A program made the translations under genes and the position numbers. Below, piece by piece: positions 31,188 to 41,348 of a stretch of DNA of 64,000 bases (position 1 is its first letter; the number at the start of each line of letters is the position of its first letter). The stretch is from an uncultured Gemmatimonadaceae bacterium (GTDB lineage: Bacteria > Gemmatimonadota > Gemmatimonadetes > Gemmatimonadales > Gemmatimonadaceae), in the NCBI GenBank assembly GCA_963790305.1, contig CAWBOC010000003.1, positions 32,001 through 96,000 on the forward strand. Direction: 5' to 3'. The notes beneath the pieces are model-generated. The model saw only the letters and a program-made list of their open reading frames with translations. It had not been told where the DNA came from and ran no database searches.

Positions 31188-32996
31188 GTGCCGGCAGCAT
31201 GTCGTTTTCCCTGGTGCGCCACCTGGTGGCGACCGTCCCGGAGGCTCCCCCTGTCCTGGTCGTTCAGCTCGTGGGCATCGCGGCAGCCATTTCGCCGCAA
31301 AATGGTCGCGCTCACCGCGGCCGCTGTCATCGCGACGCTGGTGCTCGTGCTGACGCCCATTTACTTCGCGGGGCGCGAGCGTCTCACCGCTCTCAATGCA
31401 ATGCGGTTATCGGCGATCGCCCGCAGCGCCGCCGTCGCCATCCCCTCCGACTCGATCGACGTCATCGCGCGCCCCGACGGACGCACCGGCGCCGCGTTCG
31501 TGTTCGCGCAGCGCACCCTCGCGCGCTTGTGGCTGACCAATGGCGGAAATCTCGCCGAGCTCACCAACGGTCTCGCGATCGTCCGGAGGCAGCAGGCGCG
31601 GTACCGCTACCTCGTCCACTCGCAGTGGAAGGCGGGCCAGCCGCAGTACAGCCAGCTGCTCGACGCGCCGGAAGGGCTCGCCGACTCGCTCGGGCACAAC
31701 AAGGGCGGGACCACGCCGATCTATCTCGACGCAGGCGGCGGACGCGTCCTCACCGCGGTCGCACCGATCGTCCGTCCCAATGGGACGGCCGCGGGATTCG
31801 TGATCGCGACGCTCCGCGCCGACAACTTCCTGCGTGACTTCGGCGTACAGATTCGAAATCTCGCCTGGCTCCCGTTGATGATCATGCTGTCGGGCATCGT
31901 GATCGCGGGGTGGACGGCGGGTCGGCTCACCCGTGGAATCGAGGCTGTCGCGTCACACGCCGAGGCGGTTGCACGAGGGAGTCTCCGCCAGGAGCTGGCA
32001 TTCAAATCGTCGGATGAGGTCGGCCGCCTCGCCGACGCGTTCCGCACCATGACGACCGGTCTTCGCGTGTTGCTCCGCGATGTCGACGCCGGCGCCAGCG
32101 AAGTCGCCGCCACCGCGGAAGAGCTCGCCTCGGGCGCGGAGGAAATGACGGCATCCACGCAGGAAGTCGCCAGCGCGGCGCAGAGCATCGCCGACTCCGC
32201 GTCCATGCAGACGCGCAACATCCAGAACGTGGTCAACATCTCGGGCAGCGTCGCCGAGCGCGCCCTCAAGGTGTCGGAGCACGCACGCCGAGCGCAGGGA
32301 GCCGCCGACAGCGTGGCGTCGAGTGCCCGGCGGGCGACTCAGGCAGCCGAGCAGGCGCTCAGCAGCATGGGCGAGATCGCCTCGGTGACTCGTGAGGCGG
32401 TGCCGGCGGTTGCCGAGCTGGGTGAAAAATCCCAGCGCATCGGAAAGATCACCGACACGATCGCCGGCATCGCTCGGCAGACCAACCTGCTCGCGCTCAA
32501 CGCGGCGATCGAAGCCGCTCGCGCCGGTGAGCACGGCAAGGGCTTCGCGGTCGTCGCCGACGAGGTGCGCAAGCTGGCGGGTGAGAGCGCTCGTGCCCTG
32601 GACACCATTCGCAAGCTGGCAGTGGAGATGCGCAACGCCTCGATGCGGACCGCCGAGCGTATCACCGATGTGAGCACGAGTGTCGCGAGTGGAGAGACCG
32701 TCATTCGCTCATCGACTGCAGCACTGACACAGATCGCTCGTGAGATCGAGGGAAGCCGCGGCGCCGTCGCGCTGATCGTCGAATCGGCCGTCTCCCAACA
32801 GAACGAAGCCGAGTCGCTGGCGCGCGAAATCGAGGCGATCTCGTCCGTCGCCGAGCAGAACGCGTCGACGTCGGAAGAGGTCAGCGCGGTCGTCGAAGAG
32901 CAGACGTCGTCCATGATGCACGTGACGGAATCGAGCCAGCACCTCGCGAGCATCGCGTCGAGGCTGAAGGGAGCAATGTCGCGGTTCGACCTGTAG
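31188..32996 (+). CDS. Methyl-accepting chemotaxis protein (TM, periplasmic sensor, TM, HAMP, signalling domain); start uncertain
   Basis: [13 protein letters not shown] (HAMP); [37 protein letters not shown]. Confidence 0.93.
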   Translation: MPAACRFPWCATWWRPSRRLPLSWSFSSWASRQPFRRKMVALTAAAVIATLVLVLTPIYFAGRERLTALNAMRLSAIARSAAVAIPSDSIDVIARPDGRTGAAFVFAQRTLARLWLTNGGNLAELTNGLAIVRRQQARYRYLVHSQWKAGQPQYSQLLDAPEGLADSLGHNKGGTTPIYLDAGGGRVLTAVAPIVRPNGTAAGFVIATLRADNFLRDFGVQIRNLAWLPLMIMLSGIVIAGWTAGRLTRGIEAVASHAEAVARGSLRQELAFKSSDEVGRLADAFRTMTTGLRVLLRDVDAGASEVAATAEELASGAEEMTASTQEVASAAQSIADSASMQTRNIQNVVNISGSVAERALKVSEHARRAQGAADSVASSARRATQAAEQALSSMGEIASVTREAVPAVAELGEKSQRIGKITDTIAGIARQTNLLALNAAIEAARAGEHGKGFAVVADEVRKLAGESARALDTIRKLAVEMRNASMRTAERITDVSTSVASGETVIRSSTAALTQIAREIEGSRGAVALIVESAVSQQNEAESLAREIEAISSVAEQNASTSEEVSAVVEEQTSSMMHVTESSQHLASIASRLKGAMSRFDL

Positions 32997-33007
32997 AGAT
33001 CGAGAAG

Positions 33008-33042
33008 GCGGAATGCGGAATGCGGAATGAATGGGCATTCCG
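33008..33042. repeat. Short GCGGAAT heptamer array with a partial inverted arm
   Basis: GCGGAAT x3 then GCATTCCG; same unit as the 9812-9890 element. Confidence 0.7.
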
Positions 33043-33105
33043 ACCCAGTTCTCGAGCCCGCTTCGTTCTATCCCTTCCCGACCGCCAACTCCGCTATCGA
33101 GTGCC

Positions 33106-34191
33106 TCACCGGTGCGCGCAATGTCGCCGCGGCGCACGACTGCGACTAGCGCATCCACGACCTGCGGGTCGAACTGCGTGTTCGCGTGGCGGCGGAGCTC
33201 CTCGAGCGCTTCCTCGCGCGTCAGCTGCGCCTTTCGATACGGACGCCCGCTCATCATCGCGTCGAAGGCGTCGGCGACGCAGGCGATGCGCGCCTCGCGG
33301 GGAATGCCGTCGCCACTGAGACCGTCCGGCACGCCGCGGCCATCGATGCGCTCGTGATGGGAGCGGACCACGTTGAGCGCAACCGGCGAGTCGCTGAGCA
33401 GCGGCAGCAGAATACGCCACCCGAGCACCGGGTGCGTCATGATGTGCGCGTACTCCTCACCGGTGAGCTTCCCCGGCTTGTTCAGCACGTCTTCGCGCAC
33501 TCCGATCTTTCCAATGTCGTGCAGGTGGCCACCCAGCTCCAGCTGGCGCACCGTGTCCCCATCGATCCCGAGCTCCCGTGCCGACGAGTCCGGACACGTG
33601 GCTCACCCGCACCGAGTGGCCGCGCGTGTACGCGTCCTTCAGCTCCAGCGCATCGGCAAGCGACTGAATGCTGGCGATGAACAGCTCCTCCAGCCGGCGC
33701 GACTGCACGCGCACGCGCTCTTCGAGCGAGTGGTGATACTGCCGATTCTCGAGCACCAGCCGACGTCGCTCGAGCGCCTGCCTCACCCGCGCGCGAACTT
33801 CCTCGAGCACGAACGGCTTGCCAATGTAGTCCATTGCGCCCCGGCCAAGGCATTCGACCGCGACCTCGACCTCCGCGACGGCGGTGATCATGATGACGGC
33901 GATGTCCGGATACCGCTCGCGCACTTCGCGCAGCAGCATCGCGCCGTCCATCTTCGGCATCCGCAGGTCGGAGAGCATGAGGATCACCGGCTCCCGCGCC
34001 AGGATGTCGAGCGCCTCGACTCCCGATCCGCACTCGAAGCAGGTGAAGCCATCGAGCTGCATCAGCCGCACGAGCGCTTGCCGGAGACGCGGCTCGTCGT
34101 CGACCACGAGACACCGTCGCTCATGTCGCTCGTCGCCGTTGGATCCGGCCGTCGCGGACGAGAAACCGCCGTCATAGCGGTGATCGCGCAT
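33106..34191 (-). CDS. Response regulator with HD-GYP phosphodiesterase domain; frameshifted near 33570-33600, 3' end uncertain
   Basis: Receiver LVVDDE...SDLRMPKMDG...KPF; YTRGHS, HDIGK, HHERIDGRGVP, ADAFDAM, RPYR. Confidence 0.88.
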
Positions 34192-34256
34192 CACCGGTCC
34201 TCCCCGCGATAGTGCGGGTCGGTTATCTTGCGCGAACCTACCGTCGGACATGTGTG

Positions 34257-35426
34257 ATGACGAAAGTGTTCGAAGAAGATCTCGCGGCCGGAATCGGCAC
34301 GCGGGCGATTCACGCCGGGCAACGGCCCGAGCCGCTCGCGGGCGCCATCATGACTCCCGTGTACCTGACGTCCACGTACGTGCAGGATGGACTCGGGAAG
34401 CACAAGGGGTACGAGTACGCGCGAAGTCGCAACCCCACGCGGGAGGCGCTCGAGCGGAACGTCGCCGCGCTGGAAGGCGCGCGCCACGGCTTTGCGTTCG
34501 CGAGCGGCACGGCCTGTGTGGATTCGCTGATGAAGCTGTTCAAGGCGGGAGATCACGTCGTCTGCGGAGAAAACGTCTACGGCGGTACGTTCCGGCTCTT
34601 CGATCGGCTGCTCCAAAACTTCGGACTCGAGTTTACCTACGTCGACACGAGGGACCCGAATCGTATCGAGGAAGCCTGCCGAACGCGAACGGTGGCCGTC
34701 CTCGTCGAGACCCCGACGAACCCGCTCATGCGCCTCACCGATCTCAGCGCCGCCGCAGAGATCGCGCATCGAGCAGGCGCGCTGCTCATCGTCGACAACA
34801 CGTTCGCCACACCGGTCTTGCAGCGCCCCTTCACGCATGGCGCGGACATCGTCTTCCACTCGACGACCAAGTATCTCAACGGCCACAGCGACATGATCGG
34901 CGGCATCGCGCTGCTGAACGACGACGATCTCGCGGCCCGCATTCAGTTCATCCAGAACGCGGCAGGTGCAGTACCCGGTCCCTTCGACTGCTGGCTTGCC
35001 CTTCGAGGGACAAAGACGCTCCACCTTCGCGTAGCCGCCCACGACGCCAATGGACGCCAGGTCGCCACGTGGCTCGCCAACAAGATCGGGGTCGAGCGGG
35101 TGATCTACCCAGGCCTTGCGTCACATCCGCAGCACGAGCTGGCCCGCAGCCAGATGTGCGGATTTGGGGGGATGATCACCGTCGAAATGGGCACCAGGGA
35201 CGCTGCCGCCAGGGTCCTCGAGCGAACGCGAATCTTTTCGCTGGCAGAATCGTTGGGAGGAGTCGAGAGCCTCATCAGCCATCCTGCCACGATGACCCAT
35301 GCCTCAGTGCCGCCAGAGCGGCGCACCGCCCTTGGCATCACCGATGGCATGATCCGCCTGTCGTGCGGCGTCGAAGATGTGGGGGATCTGATTGCGGACC
35401 TCGATTACGCCTTCAAGGGCGAATGA
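34257..35426 (+). CDS. metB: Cystathionine gamma-synthase/gamma-lyase (PLP-dependent transsulfuration enzyme)
   Basis: YARSRNPT, ETPTNP, DNTF, HSTTKYLNGHSD, AESLGGVESL. Confidence 0.88.
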   Translation: MTKVFEEDLAAGIGTRAIHAGQRPEPLAGAIMTPVYLTSTYVQDGLGKHKGYEYARSRNPTREALERNVAALEGARHGFAFASGTACVDSLMKLFKAGDHVVCGENVYGGTFRLFDRLLQNFGLEFTYVDTRDPNRIEEACRTRTVAVLVETPTNPLMRLTDLSAAAEIAHRAGALLIVDNTFATPVLQRPFTHGADIVFHSTTKYLNGHSDMIGGIALLNDDDLAARIQFIQNAAGAVPGPFDCWLALRGTKTLHLRVAAHDANGRQVATWLANKIGVERVIYPGLASHPQHELARSQMCGFGGMITVEMGTRDAAARVLERTRIFSLAESLGGVESLISHPATMTHASVPPERRTALGITDGMIRLSCGVEDVGDLIADLDYAFKGE

Positions 35427-35516
35427 GGGATTGAGCAGTGAGGTGTGAGGAATCGATCGAATGTGAAGGCATTCCAATCGAATTCCTCACTCCTCAGTCC
35501 TCCGTCCTCATTCGCC
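35418..35516. repeat. Palindromic heptamer element (TGAGG/CCTCA units)
   Basis: Outer inverted repeat GGCGAATGAGG/CCTCATTCGCC with 7-nt periodic TGAG units and an inner hairpin. Confidence 0.75.
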
Positions 35517-35541
35517 GCACCCTCCGCCTTCGAGGCTGAAA

Positions 35542-36549
35542 ATGGCCGACCGTAAGATCCTCACGCAAATCTCGCCGACCGCCTGGGAGCACCCCGCGGA
35601 CCGCGCAGCGCTCCAGACCCTCCGCGCCATTCCCGGCTTCGACGAGGTCGTCCGCAAGATCGCGTCGTTCTTCGGCGAGCGCGGCATCCGCCACCTGTTC
35701 GCGGGCAACGCCGTCCGAGTGGGCCCGCGCCAGCGCCCGAAGCTCTATGCGCTCTATGGCGAAGTCCTCGAAACCATGGACTGGCCCGCGGGGAACGAGC
35801 TCTACGTGACGCAGACACCGGCGGTGAACGCGATGGCGGTGGGCTTCGAGAGACCCTTCATCGTGATCAACTCGGGCCTCCTCGGTCTTCTCGACCGCGA
35901 GGAGCAACGCACCATCCTCGGCCACGAGCTGGGCCACATCATGAGCGGCCACACGACGTATACGACGATGGCGCTCATCCTCCTGACCATCGGCCTGAGG
36001 AATCTTCCCTTCCTCGCCGGGATGGCGCTCCTCCCAATCGAGCTCGCCCTCTTCGAGTGGTATCGCAAGAGCGAGCTGTCCAGCGACCGTGCCGGTCTTC
36101 TCTCCGGACAGGATCCTACGGCGGCAATGATGGCCGAGCTCAAGATGGCCGGCGGGAAGCCGCGTGGCGTCGCCGCGGAGGGACTCGGGCTCGACGACGA
36201 CGAGATCAACCTCGATGAGTTCCTCGTGCAGGCCGAGGAGTACGAGACCGGCGGCACCGCGATCGACAGCGTCTTCAAGTTTCTGAACGTCGCATTCCAG
36301 ACGCATCCCTTCCACACCGTCCGGGCAGCCGAGCTGCATCGCTGGGTGCGGTCGGGCGAGTATTACCGGATTCTCGAAGGTGACTACCCGCGCCGAGGCT
36401 CGGAGCCCGAGCGTCCGCTTCGCCAGGACTACGCGGAGGCCGGCTCGTATTACGAGCAGCAGGCGCGTCAGGCGATGGACCAGGTTGGCGATGTGCTCGT
36501 TCGCGCCAAGGATGCGTTCACCCAGGCGGTTCGCGGCCGGCCGAAATGA
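35542..36549 (+). CDS. M48 family zinc metallopeptidase
   Basis: EHPADRAAL, NAMA, HELGH, ELSSDRAG, THP. Confidence 0.9.
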   Translation: MADRKILTQISPTAWEHPADRAALQTLRAIPGFDEVVRKIASFFGERGIRHLFAGNAVRVGPRQRPKLYALYGEVLETMDWPAGNELYVTQTPAVNAMAVGFERPFIVINSGLLGLLDREEQRTILGHELGHIMSGHTTYTTMALILLTIGLRNLPFLAGMALLPIELALFEWYRKSELSSDRAGLLSGQDPTAAMMAELKMAGGKPRGVAAEGLGLDDDEINLDEFLVQAEEYETGGTAIDSVFKFLNVAFQTHPFHTVRAAELHRWVRSGEYYRILEGDYPRRGSEPERPLRQDYAEAGSYYEQQARQAMDQVGDVLVRAKDAFTQAVRGRPK

Positions 36550-37832
36550 AGGTCCTCCTCGTCGGGAGCGGGGGACGCGAGCACGCACTCGCCTGGAAGT
36601 TCTCCCGTGACGATGAGTCGATTGACCTGATCGCTGCTCCCGGCAACCCGGGAATCGCCGCGCTAGGGCGGTGTGTGAAGGCCGATCCGGCCGACGCCGC
36701 CGCCCTTTTGCAACTCGCCCTCGCCGAAAAGCCCGACCTCACCGTCGTTGGGCCCGAGGCCGCCCTGGCCGCCGGCATCGTCGACCGATTTCGCCAGGCG
36801 TCGCTGCCGATCTTTGGTCCTACGCGCGCCGCTGCTGAGATCGAGACATCGAAGGCGTTCGCCAAGGACCTGATGAAGGCCGCCGGAGTTCCGACCGCTC
36901 GCGCTGTTCGTCACACCGACGCGGCCGCGGCCCATCGGTCGGTTCGCGAATTTGGGGCTCCGGTGGTCGTCAAAGCGTCGGGTTTGGCTGCCGGCAAAGG
37001 CGTCGTCGTCTGCGGGAGCATTGAGGAAGCCGACGAGGCGATCGATTCCATGCTCCTGCGGAGCATTCACGGTACCGCAGGCTCGGAAATACTCGTCGAA
37101 GAGTTCATGCAAGGTGAAGAAATATCCCTGCTTGCGTTGACCGACGGCACCGCCGTGCTCCCGATGCTCGCGGCCCAGGATCACAAGAGGCTCCTCGAGG
37201 GTGACGGCGGACCCAACACCGGTGGGATGGGCGCCTACGCCCCCGTCTCCCTCGCCGACAAGGCTCTCGTCGAACGGATTGTGGCCGAGGTCTTCGCCCC
37301 GACCCTGGACGCGCTGAGAGAGCGGAGAAGCCCATTCACGGGCCTTCTGTACGCCGGTCTCATGATTACCGACGAAGGGCCCAAAGTGGTCGAGTTCAAC
37401 TGTCGCTTCGGGGATCCCGAGACTCAGGCGCTCCTCCCGCTTCTTCGATCGAGCCTCCTCGAGCCCCTGTCAGCGATCGCTCGCGGCGACGGACTGCCGG
37501 ACGACCTGGAGCTCCAATGGCGCAATGCCTTCGCGGTCACGACGGTGGTCGCGGCCGCCGGCTATCCTGAGACACCGCGAAAGGGGGACCTCATCGACCT
37601 CGGGACGATGCCGCCTGACGCGCTTCTCTTCCATGCCGGAACGAGCCTCACGCCATCGGGACAGCTCGCGACCGCGGGCGGCCGGGTCGCCGCGGTCACC
37701 GCCGTCGCGGACAGTTTCGCCGAGGCGTGTCGCCGCAGCGCGGAGGGCGCGGAACAGGTGCGGTTTGCCGGTCGCCACTTCCGATCGGACATCGGGTGGA
37801 GAGAGCTTCACCGTCATGCCCGAGCTTCCTGA
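36546..37832 (+). CDS. purD: Phosphoribosylamine-glycine ligase
   Basis: GSGGREHAL, GLAAGKGV, QDHKR, GPNTGGMGAY, EFNCRFGDPETQ. Confidence 0.97.
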   Translation: MKVLLVGSGGREHALAWKFSRDDESIDLIAAPGNPGIAALGRCVKADPADAAALLQLALAEKPDLTVVGPEAALAAGIVDRFRQASLPIFGPTRAAAEIETSKAFAKDLMKAAGVPTARAVRHTDAAAAHRSVREFGAPVVVKASGLAAGKGVVVCGSIEEADEAIDSMLLRSIHGTAGSEILVEEFMQGEEISLLALTDGTAVLPMLAAQDHKRLLEGDGGPNTGGMGAYAPVSLADKALVERIVAEVFAPTLDALRERRSPFTGLLYAGLMITDEGPKVVEFNCRFGDPETQALLPLLRSSLLEPLSAIARGDGLPDDLELQWRNAFAVTTVVAAAGYPETPRKGDLIDLGTMPPDALLFHAGTSLTPSGQLATAGGRVAAVTAVADSFAEACRRSAEGAEQVRFAGRHFRSDIGWRELHRHARAS

Positions 37833-38643
37833 GACGGAAACGATGGCTCGTGATCTCCACCGGGAGATCGCCGGGCGCACGATCGAACGGGTCGCGGTGC
37901 ACCGTCCCGATGTGCTGCGCGAGGTCAATGCGAAGGAGCTCGCCCGCAGGACACGGAGCGTAACGATTGTCCGTGCGTGGAGGCGCGCCAAGCTCGTCGT
38001 GCTCGACCTCTCGACTGATGACCGCATCGTCGTGCAGCCCCGCTTCACCGGGGCCCTGCTGCTCGACCGCGGCGCGCTCGACGAGAACGAGCGCCGATTC
38101 TCCACCGTGGAATTCGCGCTCGGCGACAGCCTCATTCTGCACTATCGCGACATTCGCCGGCTGGGCACCGTGACGCTGATGTCGCACGAGCGATGGGCCG
38201 GCTACGAATCGGGCCTGGGGAAGGAGCCGCTTGACCCGTCCTTCAGCGACTCGTATCTATCGGCCCTTGTTCGGGGATCCTCCCAGGCCGTCAAAAAACT
38301 TCTGATGGATCAGCGGCGAATCGCCGGGATCGGCAACATCTACGCGAACGAGGCGCTGTGGCGTGCGCGGATCGATCCGTCACGCGCCGCGCGCTCGCTG
38401 CAGCCTGACGAAACCCGAGCGTTGCACCGCGCGCTTCAGCACCTGCTGGCCGAAGCCGTGGAGGCCCGCGGGACCAGCTTCCGTGACTACCGCGATCCGA
38501 CCGGCCAGCGCGGAGGGTTCTCGGCTCATCTCGCCGCCTACGGGCGTGGGGGTGAGCCCTGCGCACGGTGCGGCGCGCGACTGGTGGAGACGCACGCGAT
38601 CGACGGGCGATCGACAGTCCTGTGCGCCTGGTGTCAACGGTGA
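37816..38643 (+). CDS. mutM: Formamidopyrimidine-DNA glycosylase
   Basis: MPELPE, LLMDQ..IAGIGNIYANE, C-terminal CARC...CAWCQ zinc finger. Confidence 0.96.
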   Translation: MPELPETETMARDLHREIAGRTIERVAVHRPDVLREVNAKELARRTRSVTIVRAWRRAKLVVLDLSTDDRIVVQPRFTGALLLDRGALDENERRFSTVEFALGDSLILHYRDIRRLGTVTLMSHERWAGYESGLGKEPLDPSFSDSYLSALVRGSSQAVKKLLMDQRRIAGIGNIYANEALWRARIDPSRAARSLQPDETRALHRALQHLLAEAVEARGTSFRDYRDPTGQRGGFSAHLAAYGRGGEPCARCGARLVETHAIDGRSTVLCAWCQR

Positions 38644-39773
38644 CACGACGTCGCGTGGCCGCCGGCGCGGAGGCGCATGTCGCGAAAATGCGCGGCGATG
38701 TGCGCGCGGCCGCCGAAGATCGTCCGGGCGTGTATCGCATGCTCTCGAGCGATGGCGAGGTGCTCTACATCGGAAAGTCGAAGCGCGTTCGCACGCGGCT
38801 GATGAGCTATTTCCGCTGCGCCTATCCGGAGGAGAAAGGCGCGCGCATTCTGCGCGAGGCGCACGCGATCGATTGGGAGTACACGCCGAGCGAGTTCGCC
38901 GCCCTGCTCCGCGAGCTGCAGCTCATCAAACAGATGCGTCCGCGATTCAACGTCGCGATGAAGCGCGACGACCGACACTACGTATTCATCAAGCTCACGA
39001 GAGGGGCGGCGCCGAAGCTGCTCGTGGTGCGCGGCGCCGGCGGTGAGCCGGCGACGTACTATGGGCCATTCCTGGGCGCACGCCGCGTGAACGACGCGCT
39101 GCACGAGCTGAGTGATGCGCTCTCGCTGCGCGACTGCGCGCAAGACCAGCACATCGTCTTCGCCGATCAGCACGAGCTGTTTCAGCTCACGCCACGCACA
39201 CCGGGCTGCATTCGTCTCGAGGTAAAGAAGTGCCTCGGCCCCTGCGTGGCCGCATGCACAGCGGCGCAGTATCAGGCACAGGTCGATCTGGCGCGCGCGT
39301 TTCTCGACGGCACCAACGATGGGCCCATCGCGCAACTCAGGTCCGAGATGGATGCGTGCGCCGAGCGGTTGAACTTCGAGCGCGCGGCCGTGCTGCGCGA
39401 CAAGCTCCAGCGACTCGAAACGCTGCGCGAGATGTTCGCTCGGATGCGCTTCGCGGTCGAGACGCTCTCCTTCACGTATGCGGTTCCAGGGCACGCAGGA
39501 GACGATCGCGTGTACATCATCAGACGTGGAACCGTTCGCGGCGAGGCGCCTGCGCCTCGAACCGCACGGGATCGTGCGCGGCTGCTGACGATGGTGGGTG
39601 AGGTGTTCGATCCTCCGGAGCGCTCGAGCGGCGCGGTGCCGACGCACGAGATCGATGAGCTGCTACTCTTGTCATCGTGGTTCCGCCGCAATCCGGGGGA
39701 GCTCGAGCGCACGAAGGCGCCAGCCGCGTTGCTTTGCGATCGCCGCGTCGCGCGCAGCGCGCGCAGCGCGTGA
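38640..39773 (+). CDS. UvrC N-terminal-like (Cho-like) GIY-YIG nuclease with UVR domain
   Basis: PGVYRM...LYIGKSKRVRTRL.SYF, YYGPF, Cys cluster LRDC...C...CLGPC, LNFERAAVLRD; ends without RNase H-like or HhH domains. Confidence 0.85.
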   Translation: MTRRRVAAGAEAHVAKMRGDVRAAAEDRPGVYRMLSSDGEVLYIGKSKRVRTRLMSYFRCAYPEEKGARILREAHAIDWEYTPSEFAALLRELQLIKQMRPRFNVAMKRDDRHYVFIKLTRGAAPKLLVVRGAGGEPATYYGPFLGARRVNDALHELSDALSLRDCAQDQHIVFADQHELFQLTPRTPGCIRLEVKKCLGPCVAACTAAQYQAQVDLARAFLDGTNDGPIAQLRSEMDACAERLNFERAAVLRDKLQRLETLREMFARMRFAVETLSFTYAVPGHAGDDRVYIIRRGTVRGEAPAPRTARDRARLLTMVGEVFDPPERSSGAVPTHEIDELLLLSSWFRRNPGELERTKAPAALLCDRRVARSARSA

Positions 39774-39905
39774 CCCAACGCGCCGTTGCCTCCAAGCGTC
39801 CGCGCTCGTCACGCCTAAGGACTCGCGCCGCACGCGCGGACTGGCCAGCCACTTGCACCTGTGCATCACTGCGTCCAACGGACGCAGAGCGAAGGATGTA
39901 CCAGC
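39773..39905 (+). other. Possible degenerate attC-like imperfect palindrome
   Basis: ACCCAAC (RYYYAAC) overlapping a stop codon, GTTGC 5 nt later, internal TCCGCGC/GCGCGGA; no intact GTTRRRY. Confidence 0.25.
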
Positions 39906-39919
39906 GGAGTGGAGGGGGG

Positions 39920-40138
39920 ATGGCGACCACCTGGCAACCGACCATGCTCGTTCAGTGCGTGAGCCTCAAGCCGTGGCTCTCCTATCCAGGCTGTGAAGAG
40001 CCTGGAGGGTGTCACGACCTGACGCTTGGCCGCATCTACGAGCTGCTCGGGATCGAAGCCGATGGCGCGTTCTACCGAATTTTCGATGATTCCGGAGGCG
40101 ATTATTTGTATCCGGCGTCACACTTTCGCGTCGTGTAG
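39920..40138 (+). CDS. Small hypothetical protein (72 aa, DDSGxDYLYP motif)
   Basis: GGAGG RBS before the ATG; LTLGRIYELL...RIFDDSGGDYLYPASHF resembles a recurring small beta-rich family. Confidence 0.7.
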   Translation: MATTWQPTMLVQCVSLKPWLSYPGCEEPGGCHDLTLGRIYELLGIEADGAFYRIFDDSGGDYLYPASHFRVV

Positions 40139-40165
40139 CCGAGGAACGACGAAAGGGAGACGGCA

Positions 40166-40246
40166 CGAGGTGCTCAATGTGCTCGAGGTGCTCAAGGGAA
40201 AGCGATTCCCTTCGAGCACCTCGAGCACTTTGAGCACCTCGAGCAC
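40166..40246. repeat. Palindromic nonamer element (GAGGTGCTC units), related to family A
   Basis: Three (G/A)A(G/T)GTGCTC units, core AAGGGAA...TTCCCTT, then inverted GAGCACCTC units. Confidence 0.85.
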
Positions 40247-40255
40247 GCTTGCACT

Positions 40256-40732
40256 TCACATCAACAGGGTCACCAGCTCGACCTCGGCGCGTCCGTCCTC
40301 GATGACGAGTCTCCCCACGCTCGGCATCAGACTGAACCGCCGAGGTCCCGCCGCACCGGGATTGATCACCAGTCGGCCACCGGCTCGCGTGATCAGCTGA
40401 CGATGGGTGTGCCCATAGACAATGACGTCGTGTGGATAGGCGGCAAGCAGGCGCTCAGGCGTGGGCCGGCCGACCTCGTGTCCGTGGCTCACGTGGACGC
40501 GTACCCCGTCGATCTCGCGCTCCAGGGATTGTGACAGGCCGGGCGTCCCCGGGTCGTCGGTGTTGCCCGCTACCGCTTGCACTGGGGCGATCGTCGCGAG
40601 CTCGACCAGCACTTCGGCGCCGCCGACGTCTCCCGCATGGAGAATGAGCTCGACACCTTCGAGCGCGCTGAAGATGTCCGGCCGAACGAGGCCGTGCGTA
40701 TCCGACACGAGCCCAATGACGCGCCTGCCCAC
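40256..40732 (-). CDS. Metallophosphoesterase, YfcE/MJ0936 family
   Basis: SDTHG, HAGD, GNTD, HGH, GHTH, NPG. Confidence 0.93.
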   Translation of the reverse strand: MGRRVIGLVSDTHGLVRPDIFSALEGVELILHAGDVGGAEVLVELATIAPVQAVAGNTDDPGTPGLSQSLEREIDGVRVHVSHGHEVGRPTPERLLAAYPHDVIVYGHTHRQLITRAGGRLVINPGAAGPRRFSLMPSVGRLVIEDGRAEVELVTLLM

Positions 40733-40733
40733 G

Positions 40734-41348
40734 CTACGCCCCTGAGGGTCGTGCTCCGGCACTCCACCTGCGCGCCAGGTCGTGCTCCACGTCGAGTTGA
40801 TCGAGCACACGTGCGACGACGAATGACACCAGGTCGTCGACGGACGTCGGTCGATGGTAAAAGCCCGGAGCGGCCGGGAGTACAATGGCGCCGGCACGCG
40901 TGAGTCGGAGCATGTTCTGCAGATGCACGGCGCTCAACGGAGTTTCCCGCGGTACGAGAACGAGCTTCCGGCGCTCCTTGAGCGCGACGTCCGCCGCACG
41001 CTCAACCAGCGATCGCGATGAGCCGGCAGCGATCGCGGAGAGCGTACCCATCGAGCAGGGGCATACGACCATCCCGCTGCTCCGAGCCGACCCCGATGCT
41101 GGACTCGCTCCGCGATCCCCGTCGTCGAAGACTGTGACGAGCTGGTCCCAACCCTTGGCGCCCACGCGGTCTCGAAGCGTGTCGATGTCAGGCACATCGG
41201 CTTCCGTGCTCAGCAGTCGCCAGCCGTGGTCGGAGACGATCATCCAGATGCTCCGCTTCGCCTGAATGAGGCCCTCGAGCAGCTTCAGGGCGTACGGCGC
41301 TCCCGAGGCGCCGGTGATCGCCACGACGAGCGGTGCCGCCCTGGTCAC
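40734..41348 (-). CDS. ubiX: UbiX family flavin prenyltransferase
   Basis: AITGASGA, ASGS, PCSMGTL, RAADVALKERR, PRETP, PGFY. Confidence 0.95.
   Translation of the reverse strand: MTRAAPLVVAITGASGAPYALKLLEGLIQAKRSIWMIVSDHGWRLLSTEADVPDIDTLRDRVGAKGWDQLVTVFDDGDRGASPASGSARSSGMVVCPCSMGTLSAIAAGSSRSLVERAADVALKERRKLVLVPRETPLSAVHLQNMLRLTRAGAIVLPAAPGFYHRPTSVDDLVSFVVARVLDQLDVEHDLARRWSAGARPSGA

Noticed and set aside
32709..33105. Long C-terminal extension of the HD-GYP protein overlapping the MCP gene
   Set aside because: It runs through a repeat tract and antisense to the MCP; out-of-frame stops at 33068-33108 suggest an indel.
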